In this document: positions 8,546 through 15,731 of the stretch, one piece after another
Layout of the letters: every line of letters begins with the position of its first letter
How positions within the stretch are numbered: position 1 is the stretch's first letter
Source of the DNA: a virus
Lineage: Duplodnaviria; Heunggongvirae; Uroviricota; Caudoviricetes
Virus record (IMG/VR): IMGVR_UViG_2529292976_000006
Length of the DNA stretch: 15,731 nt
Strand: one strand, 5' to 3'
Position numbers and translations under genes: made by a program
Notes under the pieces: model-generated
The model's input: only the letters and a program-made list of their open reading frames with translations
Database searches by the model: none
Told to the model about the DNA's origin: nothing

Positions 8546-8865
8546 ATCTGGAGCTTTACAGCGTCAATGACCTGTTTAGACCCCTACACGTAAACGTGCT
8601 GTATCATCGGGTGCGATCCGGTCGATGAGAGAGTATCCCCGCGCGAGAGCGAGAACGGCGTGAGAACGGGCAACACTGGCAGGAAGTTGGCGCTGACCAA
8701 TACAGGGAATGTTTTGGGGTGTGGTGAAGGGTTCATGGACGGGAATATGTCGCACGTAAAGCGGCGAGGCCCGAGGGACTATTGCTGAAGATAAGTAGGC
8801 CGAATCGGGTCGAAATGGGTCTCCCACCTGCCACATCGCCAAAGCATTTCCGAGAAAGGACGGTA

Positions 8866-8894
8866 TTGACTGCGTGTGATGCCGGGGCTATATT
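8866..8894 (+). promoter_or_regulatory. Near-consensus sigma70 promoter (TTGACT, 17 bp spacer, TATATT)
   Basis: -35 TTGACT at 8866-8871, 17 nt spacer, -10 TATATT at 8889-8894. Predicted transcription start about 8901. Confidence 0.5.
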
Positions 8895-8955
8895 GGGCGA
8901 ACACCTTATAAAACGGGTGTCGGGATTCTCACCCCGCTGACAATCGAGGCGATAC

Positions 8956-8977
8956 AGACGCGCCAGCGTCTTTTTTT
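8956..8977 (+). terminator. Rho-independent terminator about 75 nt downstream of the 8866 promoter
   Basis: Stem AGACGC (8956-8961) / GCGTCT (8966-8971), loop GCCA, followed by six T (8972-8977). Confidence 0.5.
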
Positions 8978-9142
8978 GTATCGACATACACGCACATCTT
9001 ATCAATGGTGGGCTGTATGGGGCCGACTTCGGTCGGGCTGGTTCCCTTGATTGCCAGTTGTGAGAACCCTGTACAGTCCACCGCCAGCGAGCTTCTCACC
9101 TCCTGCGGTGGTTATTAATCACCAATCAAGGAGGCTGCCATT

Positions 9143-9790
9143 ATGGCTACTATCCCAGTCCTTTCTCAACCTGAAATCACCATTTCCAATGGCCGCGCTG
9201 TTACTACGTCCTTTGCCGTTGCCGAATATTTTTGCAAGCGACACGATAACGTATTACGTGCCATTGCAAATATTGAATGCTCAGAGAAATTTAACGCCCT
9301 CAATTTTGAGGACGTTACCTACACCGACGCCAAAGGCGAACAACGCCCAATGTACCAAATCACCAAAAACGGATTCGTCTTCCTGGTGATGGGCTTCACT
9401 GGTAAAAAAGCAGCTGCATTCAAGGAAGCCTATATTGCTGAATTCGATCGCATGGAAAAACAGCTATGGGAACAGAAACAACTGGCTCTGTCTTCTCCTG
9501 CGATGAATATCAATTTTCCTTTATCGTGGTTTTCAGAGCATCACCCCTACGCCACGATGAACTATGTTGATCGCAAGGTTATCAGCCTTGATGCTTCCGT
9601 ACTCTTCGACATGCCAAGCCCAACTATGCGCATCCTCAACGAGCTACACAGCAAGGGCTATAACGTTGACGCCGCTGTCGCCGAATTTAACGCCTTCAAG
9701 CATCTGACGGAAGAAATGCGCCGTAAATTGCTGGATATTTCCCGCACATCGGAAAAATCTTCCCGCTTTGGTTTCAACGTTAATCTTTAA
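9143..9790 (+). CDS. Rha-family phage regulatory protein
   Basis: 215 aa. N-terminal signature ...GRAVTTSFAVAEYFCKRHDNVLRAIANI... is typical of Rha-family proteins. Strong SD AAGGAGG 8 nt upstream. Confidence 0.7.
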   Translation: MATIPVLSQPEITISNGRAVTTSFAVAEYFCKRHDNVLRAIANIECSEKFNALNFEDVTYTDAKGEQRPMYQITKNGFVFLVMGFTGKKAAAFKEAYIAEFDRMEKQLWEQKQLALSSPAMNINFPLSWFSEHHPYATMNYVDRKVISLDASVLFDMPSPTMRILNELHSKGYNVDAAVAEFNAFKHLTEEMRRKLLDISRTSEKSSRFGFNVNL

Positions 9791-9799
9791 TTAAATCTC

Positions 9800-9820
9800 T
9801 CCCCGATTATATATCGGGGA
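9800..9820 (+). terminator. Perfect 8 bp hairpin after the Rha-family gene (possible attenuator or weak terminator)
   Basis: TCCCCGAT (9800-9807), loop TATAT, ATCGGGGA (9813-9820), followed by an interrupted T/A tract (TTAAATTAAATAT). No clean U-run, so termination efficiency is uncertain. Confidence 0.3.
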
Positions 9821-9860
9821 TTAAATTAAATATCTGGATTAATTAACCGGAGGATTTGTC

Positions 9861-10073
9861 ATGCTCAAACCTCACTACGGAACCATATTAGTTTCTCGCA
9901 AGGACGTTAAACCCGGCACAGCAATTCTTTACAACGGGCGTTATTACATGGCGTCAGCTAACGTTAATAATGCACTTTACGCACATTCACTGATTGAAAA
10001 AATTCGCATTATTTCAGATGCAATAGAAGTTTACCTGAACCATAAAGGCCAGCCGTTAATCTCACCAGCCTGA
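9861..10073 (+). CDS. Hypothetical small protein in the early-left operon
   Basis: 70 aa ORF with SD GGAGG upstream, closely packed in the operon. Confidence 0.45.
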   Translation: MLKPHYGTILVSRKDVKPGTAILYNGRYYMASANVNNALYAHSLIEKIRIISDAIEVYLNHKGQPLISPA

Positions 10074-10084
10074 AAGGAAATATC

Positions 10085-10366
10085 ATGCTCAATCAAAAAA
10101 TTAATATCAATGTAAAAAGCGTCGTAACGCCAGCAGAAACTATAATGGGTGAAGTTTTTATGGATGATAAAATCATCGCCTATTTTTTTGTCCTGCCTGA
10201 TGAGGCTATTTCTGTTATTGATACGGAAGGCAATGTTATGTTTATCGCAGAAAATCCAGAAGACATCGCATTACAGGCCGCTGCATATTTCTTCGCTAAG
10301 GAGCAGGAGGAAGAATGTGACTGCCCTGTCTGTCAGCTTTCCCGACAAATTAATTTAATGCATTAA
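10085..10366 (+). CDS. Hypothetical small protein in the early-left operon
   Basis: 93 aa ORF with SD AAGGA upstream. C-terminal CDCPVCQ motif. Function unknown. Confidence 0.45.
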   Translation: MLNQKININVKSVVTPAETIMGEVFMDDKIIAYFFVLPDEAISVIDTEGNVMFIAENPEDIALQAAAYFFAKEQEEECDCPVCQLSRQINLMH

Positions 10367-10386
10367 CCGAAATCAGGAGTTCCACC

Positions 10387-10668
10387 ATGAACGCATACCT
10401 CACCTGTGACCGAATAGAGGAGCGTCGCTGGGTTAATCAGCACATTCAGGATGAAAAGGATAAATGGATTGACGATCGGGCGCAGGAGCTTATCAGCATG
10501 TTCCCCGATAAACCATTGCTTATGAGCAGCCTTTTTTTACCCAAAGAAGCCCAGCTGGCACTTACTGGCGATAAAGCGGAAGAGGCTTACAACGATTATA
10601 TCTCAGCGATCGCCTATGCACGGGCGGAAGAAGAATGGGAGAGGAAATTCTCCCCCTGTCCTTTCTGA
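10387..10668 (+). CDS. gam: Gam-like host nuclease (RecBCD) inhibitor
   Basis: 93 aa. N-terminus MNAYLTCDRIEERRW parallels the lambda GamS N-terminus as recalled (MNAYYIQDRLEAQSW). Conserved position immediately upstream of the annealase gene. SD AGGAG. Confidence 0.55.
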   Translation: MNAYLTCDRIEERRWVNQHIQDEKDKWIDDRAQELISMFPDKPLLMSSLFLPKEAQLALTGDKAEEAYNDYISAIAYARAEEEWERKFSPCPF

Positions 10669-10686
10669 TTTTCAGGACCAATAAAA

Positions 10687-11637
10687 ATGTTCGATATCGT
10701 TGAATTTGTTAAACAGCAGGAGCGCTTTTTCTGCGAAGCATTAACTGAACCGACGCTGACATGGGCTAAGGAAAGTCAGTTTGCAATTCAGCAATTCCAG
10801 AAAAATTCCTTTCTGGCTGACACAGCACGGGGAAATCTGTCCAGCGCACAGAACGCTATCATCAATGTTGCCGCCATAGGCATAACCCTGAACCCGGCCA
10901 GCAAGCTGGCGTATCTGGTACCACGAAAAAAGGCTGTATGCCTGGATATCAGTTATATGGGGCTTCTGCATCTGGCACAGGTCACAGGAGCCATTCAGTG
11001 GGGGCAATGCAAACTTGTTTACGAGAAGGACATTTACGAGTCCAACGGTATTGACTGCGCCCCCACGCACAAATACAACCCATTCGTCGACAGGGGCGCA
11101 CGCATTGGCGGTTATTGTGTCGTAAAAACATCCGAAGGCGACTATCTGACCGAAGAGATGAGCAACAGGGAAATCGAGGTCATCAGGGCGTGCAGCAAAG
11201 CCGGAAATAACGGAGGAAGTAGCCCGTGGGATAGTTTCCCCGATGAAATGGCCAGAAAAGCCATTGTTAAGCGCGCCAGCAAATACTGGCCCCGTCGCGA
11301 TCGCCTGGATACAGCTATCGACTACCTGAACACTCAGGGCGGTGAAGGTATCATCCTGAATGCTGATCACATCCCTGAGCGTGACGTCACTCCCGCATCA
11401 GATGAGATTATCAATGAGATCACTCAGGCAATCACCGAAATTAACAAGACATGGGATGACCTGCTTCCCTTATGTTCCAAAACATTCCGTCGCACGATTG
11501 CATCACATGAATATCTCAGTCAGGAAGAAGCTGTCAAAACGCTTGATTTTGTCAAAAAGAAAGCTGCCAGAAACAAGGCCACGGCGGAAGCGAAAATTCA
11601 CGCCACCACGGAAAATAACAGCGAGGCCGTGTCATGA
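10687..11637 (+). CDS. RecT-family single-strand annealing protein
   Basis: 316 aa. Motif block [42 protein letters not shown] matches the Rac RecT core as recalled (QIELVRSLSKAGNNGPW...EEMAKKTAIRRLFKYLP). Stop overlaps the exo start. Confidence 0.8.
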   Translation: MFDIVEFVKQQERFFCEALTEPTLTWAKESQFAIQQFQKNSFLADTARGNLSSAQNAIINVAAIGITLNPASKLAYLVPRKKAVCLDISYMGLLHLAQVTGAIQWGQCKLVYEKDIYESNGIDCAPTHKYNPFVDRGARIGGYCVVKTSEGDYLTEEMSNREIEVIRACSKAGNNGGSSPWDSFPDEMARKAIVKRASKYWPRRDRLDTAIDYLNTQGGEGIILNADHIPERDVTPASDEIINEITQAITEINKTWDDLLPLCSKTFRRTIASHEYLSQEEAVKTLDFVKKKAARNKATAEAKIHATTENNSEAVS

Positions 11638-12323
11638 CACCAGAAATTATTCTCCAGCGAACTGGCGTGGATATTACCAGCCTCGACCAGGGCGATGATG
11701 GATGGCACAAGCTGAGACTCGGTGTTATCACTGCTTCAGAAGTTCACAATGTGATAGCAAAGCCACGTTCCGGCAGCAAATGGCCTGATACAAAAATGTC
11801 ATACTTCCACACCCTGCTGGCTGAAGTTTGTACTGGCGTGGCACCGGAAGTTAACGCTAAGTCGCTCGCATGGGGAAAGCAATACGAAGATGATGCCCGT
11901 GCCCTCTTCGAGTTTATCGCGGATGTTACCGTCTCGGAAACGCCAATAATTTTTCGTGACGAAAGCATGCGCACCGCCTGCTCTCCCGACGGTTTATGCA
12001 GCGACGGTAACGGCCTTGAGCTTAAATGCCCCTTCACTTCCCGCGACTTCATGAAGTTCCGGCTTGGCGGCTTTGACGCTATCAAGCCTGCTTACATGGC
12101 CCAGGTGCAATTCAGCATGTGGGTTACAGACAAGGACGCCTGGTACTTCGCCAACTACGATCCACGCATGAAGCGTGAAGGCCTGCATTATGTCGTGGTC
12201 GAACGGGATGAGAAGTACATGACGAGTTTTGATGAGATGGTGCCGGAGTTCATCGACAAAATGGACGAAGCACTGGCGGAAATTGGTTTTGTATTTGGAG
12301 AACAATGGGGGGTTAATAACTAA
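11634..12323 (+). CDS. exo: Lambda-type 5'-3' exonuclease (Red-alpha)
   Basis: 229 aa, near-identical over its length to lambda Exo as recalled ([47 protein letters not shown]...[21 protein letters not shown]...[14 protein letters not shown]). Confidence 0.9.
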   Translation: MTPEIILQRTGVDITSLDQGDDGWHKLRLGVITASEVHNVIAKPRSGSKWPDTKMSYFHTLLAEVCTGVAPEVNAKSLAWGKQYEDDARALFEFIADVTVSETPIIFRDESMRTACSPDGLCSDGNGLELKCPFTSRDFMKFRLGGFDAIKPAYMAQVQFSMWVTDKDAWYFANYDPRMKREGLHYVVVERDEKYMTSFDEMVPEFIDKMDEALAEIGFVFGEQWGVNN

Positions 12324-12910
12324 TGGATGAAGTGATTTTTACTTATAACGAAGAATCAGCACTGACCGCCGGACAAGGTGGTTTTATTACCGAAACGGGT
12401 GCGCATATCATTAACATCACCGAAGCAGAACTCAAGCAATCAGAAAAAGGTGCCCGATTCATTGAGTTTTCTGGAGAATCCGACGACGGACGGAAAATCC
12501 AATATCTCAGTGTTTGTGTTCAGAAGAATGACGGCACTGAAAATAAATTTGGGGCGAGCATTATTCACGCCATGATGGGATGCACAGGAATTGGGCAGTT
12601 AACGCAGCATATGGTTTCCGTCAGTAAATATGTTGCACCTGAGTTTCACGGAAAGAAAATCGGACTCGTCCTCCAGAAAGTATTAACCACAAACAGAAAG
12701 ACTGGCGCAGACGGTTACCAGATGGAAATCCGCATTCCATTCATTGCAGAAACAGGGCAGACACTGAAAGAAAAAGCTGAAGGAAAGAAACCAGAAACTG
12801 TAGCAAATATGGTTTCCACTCTCAAAGACAAAGACAATCGCAGCAAAAACGTAAACCCGAATCACACGGACGCCCCAGGTTACTGGCAGTACGGCAGCGA
12901 TAGTTTTTAA
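12323..12910 (+). CDS. Hypothetical protein
   Basis: 195 aa ORF whose start shares a base with the exo stop (TAATG). Coding-like composition, no motif recognised. Confidence 0.55.
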   Translation: MDEVIFTYNEESALTAGQGGFITETGAHIINITEAELKQSEKGARFIEFSGESDDGRKIQYLSVCVQKNDGTENKFGASIIHAMMGCTGIGQLTQHMVSVSKYVAPEFHGKKIGLVLQKVLTTNRKTGADGYQMEIRIPFIAETGQTLKEKAEGKKPETVANMVSTLKDKDNRSKNVNPNHTDAPGYWQYGSDSF

Positions 12911-12985
12911 TTCACAAACAAAACCAGGCTTTAAATGCAGTAAACAACCGAAGCCTCAATACACTCTCTACACGGAGATATAAAT

Positions 12986-13333
12986 ATGAGTCAGCATCAG
13001 ACAGATGTTAATATTTTCATTAACGACCTCGACGGCGGGGTATTTGTTAACAAACTTGGCGCGGTATTAAGTGAAGTTGCCTTTGGCGTAAACAGCACAA
13101 ACAAAAAAGGAAAGGTATGTGTTGAATTCGAATTATCTTCACTTGATGAAAATCGCGTATCAGTTTCCCATAAACTAAAATTCACACGCCCGACAATGCG
13201 TGGTAGTAAATCAGAAGAAGACACAACTAACACCCCGATGTTTGTAAATAAAGGTGGTGAGCTTACTTTGTTCCAGAAAGACCAGGGACAGCTTTTCGAT
13301 AAACAGGGTCAACATGACGCTGTTTTACGCTGA
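12986..13333 (+). CDS. Hypothetical protein
   Basis: 115 aa ORF with SD-like ACGGAG upstream. AT-rich, no motif recognised. Confidence 0.45.
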   Translation: MSQHQTDVNIFINDLDGGVFVNKLGAVLSEVAFGVNSTNKKGKVCVEFELSSLDENRVSVSHKLKFTRPTMRGSKSEEDTTNTPMFVNKGGELTLFQKDQGQLFDKQGQHDAVLR

Positions 13334-13396
13334 ATAATCCCCGCCTTAAAACGCTCGCGCATTATCCCCAAATCCATAAATTAAAGGTAAATATAC

Positions 13397-14218
13397 ATGT
13401 CTCAGTTAGATAGCAATGCCATTAAAGAAATTGTAAAACTCACCACTACTGCTTTTTCTGGTGAAAATTTGCCGCTTACGGAATGCCCTGTTGCGTTATT
13501 GCCGGACAATGTAAATATCGAAAGTCTGGAACGATTCATGACAGAACGTTTTCGTTTCCGTGGAGTCATGACCACAACCAGTATTGATGACTTTGTTGAA
13601 TACAGCAAAGGGTATGCCGATGAGCACTCCCGCTGCTTCATTAACGCGGAAACGATGAAAGCAGTCACTGTGTTCAATATCGGCACTCTGGAGCAACCTG
13701 GACACGCTGACAACAAGGCACTGCTGGAACTGAAAGCCACATCACCATATCGCGCATTGCGTGACGTTGACGGCAAAAAACAACTCCAGAAGTCTCTCGC
13801 TGAATGGCTGGAAGACTGGGCCGACTTCCTCACAGCCTATGACAGCGACGGTAATGTGCTGGATATCAAACAGGCTATCTCTGCTGTCCGTCGTCTTACC
13901 ATCGATGCAAAACGCAGTGCTGAATATGAAGAGCAAAACTTCAGCGGTAGCCGCTCAGTCATGGAGTCCGTGGAGGCTAAAAGCAAAGAAATCATGCCTG
14001 CCACTTTCCGCTTTGAATGCATCCCATACGAGGGCCTGGGCAACAGGGAATTCACGCTGCGATTAAGCATTCTGACAAGCGAACAGCCTGTTCTGGTGCT
14101 ACGTATCGTGCGTGTTGAAGCTGCGGAAGAAGAAATTGCCAAAGAGTTCCGTGACCTGCTGAAAGAGCGTTTCGAAGAAGAAGATATCTTAACCTTCATC
14201 GGCACGTTCTCAGTGTGA
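13397..14218 (+). CDS. Hypothetical protein (possibly DUF2303/YfdQ-like, unverified)
   Basis: 273 aa ORF with SD AAAGG upstream. Size and position resemble YfdQ-type prophage proteins, recalled from memory without sequence verification. Confidence 0.55.
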   Translation: MSQLDSNAIKEIVKLTTTAFSGENLPLTECPVALLPDNVNIESLERFMTERFRFRGVMTTTSIDDFVEYSKGYADEHSRCFINAETMKAVTVFNIGTLEQPGHADNKALLELKATSPYRALRDVDGKKQLQKSLAEWLEDWADFLTAYDSDGNVLDIKQAISAVRRLTIDAKRSAEYEEQNFSGSRSVMESVEAKSKEIMPATFRFECIPYEGLGNREFTLRLSILTSEQPVLVLRIVRVEAAEEEIAKEFRDLLKERFEEEDILTFIGTFSV

Positions 14219-14294
14219 TGAAATCTGTGACAGGGACGTCACGACATATCGCTCATATTTCACGAGAAAATACACAGTTCTTGGAGGGTATACT

Positions 14295-14738
14295 ATGCAA
14301 TTTAAAGATTTACCAGAGGATATTCAGAAAATAGCTGCGGATACGCTTAAAGCCCATTTATCGGTGCTTGATTTAACAAAGGAACCAAAGGCGAATCTGG
14401 AAAATATATCCCGTAACGTGCGAGATGTTTTTGTCGGGCTGTATGCTTATGACAATGAAAAGCACGAGGAACATATTCAAAATGGTTGCATTAATAAATG
14501 TCAACAAAATATCAAACTTCCTGTTGCTGATAAAACAGAGCAGAAAACAGATGTATTAGTATTCTGGAATACCGTTGAGGCTATCGCCAGGAGCACGATG
14601 TTGGAGTTTAACAACATCAATCATTCCGGGATCGACACTCATCAATCATCACATCGTGAGGGGTTTTCCATTCTTCTAACTCTGTTACAAGAGCAAGGCG
14701 AATATCCTCAGCCGACATCAAACGATACTGAGCAATAG
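14295..14738 (+). CDS. Hypothetical protein
   Basis: 147 aa ORF with strong SD GGAGGG 7 nt upstream. AT-rich, no motif recognised. Confidence 0.5.
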   Translation: MQFKDLPEDIQKIAADTLKAHLSVLDLTKEPKANLENISRNVRDVFVGLYAYDNEKHEEHIQNGCINKCQQNIKLPVADKTEQKTDVLVFWNTVEAIARSTMLEFNNINHSGIDTHQSSHREGFSILLTLLQEQGEYPQPTSNDTEQ

Positions 14739-14845
14739 TCTATTCTCGTACGCTGCAACGTGAGGTCGTACCCCGGACACGGGTAAACATCCGGCAATTC
14801 CAGCTTACCACCTATTTAACCCCCTCCCCGTAACGAGACGAAGAA

Positions 14846-15731
14846 ATGAGCACTCATCATGTTGTGAGTTTTTCAGGCGGTCGGACATCGGCGTACCTCG
14901 TCCACCTTATGGAGCAACGCAGAAAAGCTGGTGAAAACGTTCATTACATACTCATGGATACGGGATGTGAACACCCGCTGACGTACCGGTTTATTCGGGA
15001 GGTTGTGAAGTTCTGGGATATTCCGCTAACCGTGTTGCAGGTCGATATAAATCCAGAGCTTGGGCAGCCAAATGGTTATACGGAATGGGAACCAAAGGAT
15101 ATTCAGACGCGAATGCCGGTGCTTAAACCGTTTATGGACATGGTAAAAAAATATGGCACGCCATACATCGGCGGCGCGTTCTGCACTGACAGATTAAAAC
15201 TCACCCCCTTCATAAAATACTGCGATGACCATTTCGGACAAGGGAACTACATCACGTGGCTGGGTATTCGTGCAGACGAACCCCGTAGGCTGAAACCGAA
15301 ACCGGGCGTCCGGTATCTTGCCGAACTGTCAGATTTTGATAAGTCGGATGTTATCCGGTGGTGGCGAAAACAACCTTTTGATTTGCAAATCCCGGAGCAC
15401 CTCGGGAACTGTGTTTTCTGCATCAAAAAGTCAACGCAAAAGCTGGGGCTTGCATGTAAAGACGAACCTGGTCTGATGCGGGTTTTTAATGAACTGGTTA
15501 CAGGCAAACACGTCAGGGATGGTCATCGCAGAACAGGTAAAGACGTTATGTACCGTGGTCACCTGACGCTTGACGGGATTGCCAGGATGTATGCCGACAG
15601 CGACTACAGCAATTTGTATCAAGCGATGGTGCTGGCCAAGCGGTTTGATACTGGTTTGAACCGCCCCGGGTTTCCTGGAGAGTGTTTTATCTGTGAACTC
15701 AGGCTGCCAGATCATCGTTTCCGATGGAAGC
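14846..15731 (+). CDS. PAPS-reductase-like PP-loop (ATP pyrophosphatase) family protein, 3' end truncated by the window edge
   Basis: Open frame from the ATG at 14846 to the window end (>295 codons), not in the supplied ORF track because it has no stop. N-terminal PP-loop signature SFSGGRTSAYLV and later Cys-containing motifs (CVFCIKK, CFICE). SD is weak, so the start is uncertain. Confidence 0.65.
   Translation, partial: MSTHHVVSFSGGRTSAYLVHLMEQRRKAGENVHYILMDTGCEHPLTYRFIREVVKFWDIPLTVLQVDINPELGQPNGYTEWEPKDIQTRMPVLKPFMDMVKKYGTPYIGGAFCTDRLKLTPFIKYCDDHFGQGNYITWLGIRADEPRRLKPKPGVRYLAELSDFDKSDVIRWWRKQPFDLQIPEHLGNCVFCIKKSTQKLGLACKDEPGLMRVFNELVTGKHVRDGHRRTGKDVMYRGHLTLDGIARMYADSDYSNLYQAMVLAKRFDTGLNRPGFPGECFICELRLPDHRFRWK

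Larger units (their letters stand above)
1..15731. mobile_element. Segment of a lambdoid prophage (immunity, replication, nin and recombination modules); neither end of the element is in the window
   Basis: Gene content and order match lambda-like phages: NinH/NinG, Cro, CI, Gam-like, RecT-family and lambda-type Exo, arranged as divergent early operons around a cI/cro switch. Confidence 0.85.

Noticed and set aside
8431-8628. 65 aa plus-strand ORF in the position where N would be expected
   Set aside because: No convincing SD, no arginine-rich N-like motif at its N-terminus, and the exact boxA 13-mer lies inside it. More likely non-coding leader sequence.
8629-8727. Arg-rich peptide (ARERERRENGQHWQ) in one plus frame, superficially like the lambda N arginine-rich motif
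   Set aside because: The frame has no start codon (it opens directly after a stop) and ends after about 30 codons. The resemblance is short and could be chance; at most a decayed remnant.
8800-8830. tRNA T-loop-like string GGGTCGAAATGGGTC
   Set aside because: No complementary T-stem, no acceptor stem and no cloverleaf can be drawn. Not a tRNA.
9079-9087. CACCGCCAG 9-mer identical to the core of lambda oL1
   Set aside because: A 9-mer match is expected by chance at roughly 0.1 per window, the flanks do not complete a 17 bp operator, and the CI of this phage has a different recognition helix from lambda.
10741-11370. 209 aa minus-strand ORF inside the RecT-family gene
   Set aside because: Antisense shadow ORF; the plus-strand frame carries the conserved RecT motif.
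15247-15715. Two minus-strand ORFs (86 and 94 aa) near the right edge
   Set aside because: They lie antisense within the PP-loop protein frame, which is missing from the ORF track only because it has no stop in the window.
1-15731. CRISPR arrays, rRNA or tRNA genes, insertion-sequence transposases
   Set aside because: No regularly spaced direct repeats, no rRNA- or tRNA-like structures, and no transposase-like ORF or terminal inverted repeats were seen.

Overview
The window reads as the early/immunity region of a lambdoid (lambda-like) prophage, mapped in inverted orientation relative to the lambda convention. A divergent cI/cro switch sits at about 4960-5054. The minus strand carries the rightward early operon: cro, two small unknown genes, an SF2 helicase, a zinc-ribbon/Toprim primase (in place of lambda O/P), a nin-region protein, NinG and NinH. 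The plus strand carries cI, followed in the slot where lambda has rexA/rexB by a two-gene cassette that looks like a Type II restriction-modification system (gamma-class N6-adenine methyltransferase plus a probable BsuBI/PstI-like endonuclease), then an intrinsic terminator. This cassette is the main candidate for a defense system in the window. Next comes an unusual ~860 bp stretch with no credible ORF and no recognisable N gene, but with an exact boxA-like 13-mer and a near-consensus sigma70 promoter that runs into a terminator about 75 nt later (candidate small RNA or cis-acting antitermination element). After that follow a Rha-family gene, small unknown genes, a Gam-like gene, a RecT-family annealase, a lambda-type exonuclease, four accessory genes of unknown function and a 3'-truncated PAPS-reductase-like gene. 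All calls rest on reading the translations and motifs by eye; no database search was run.
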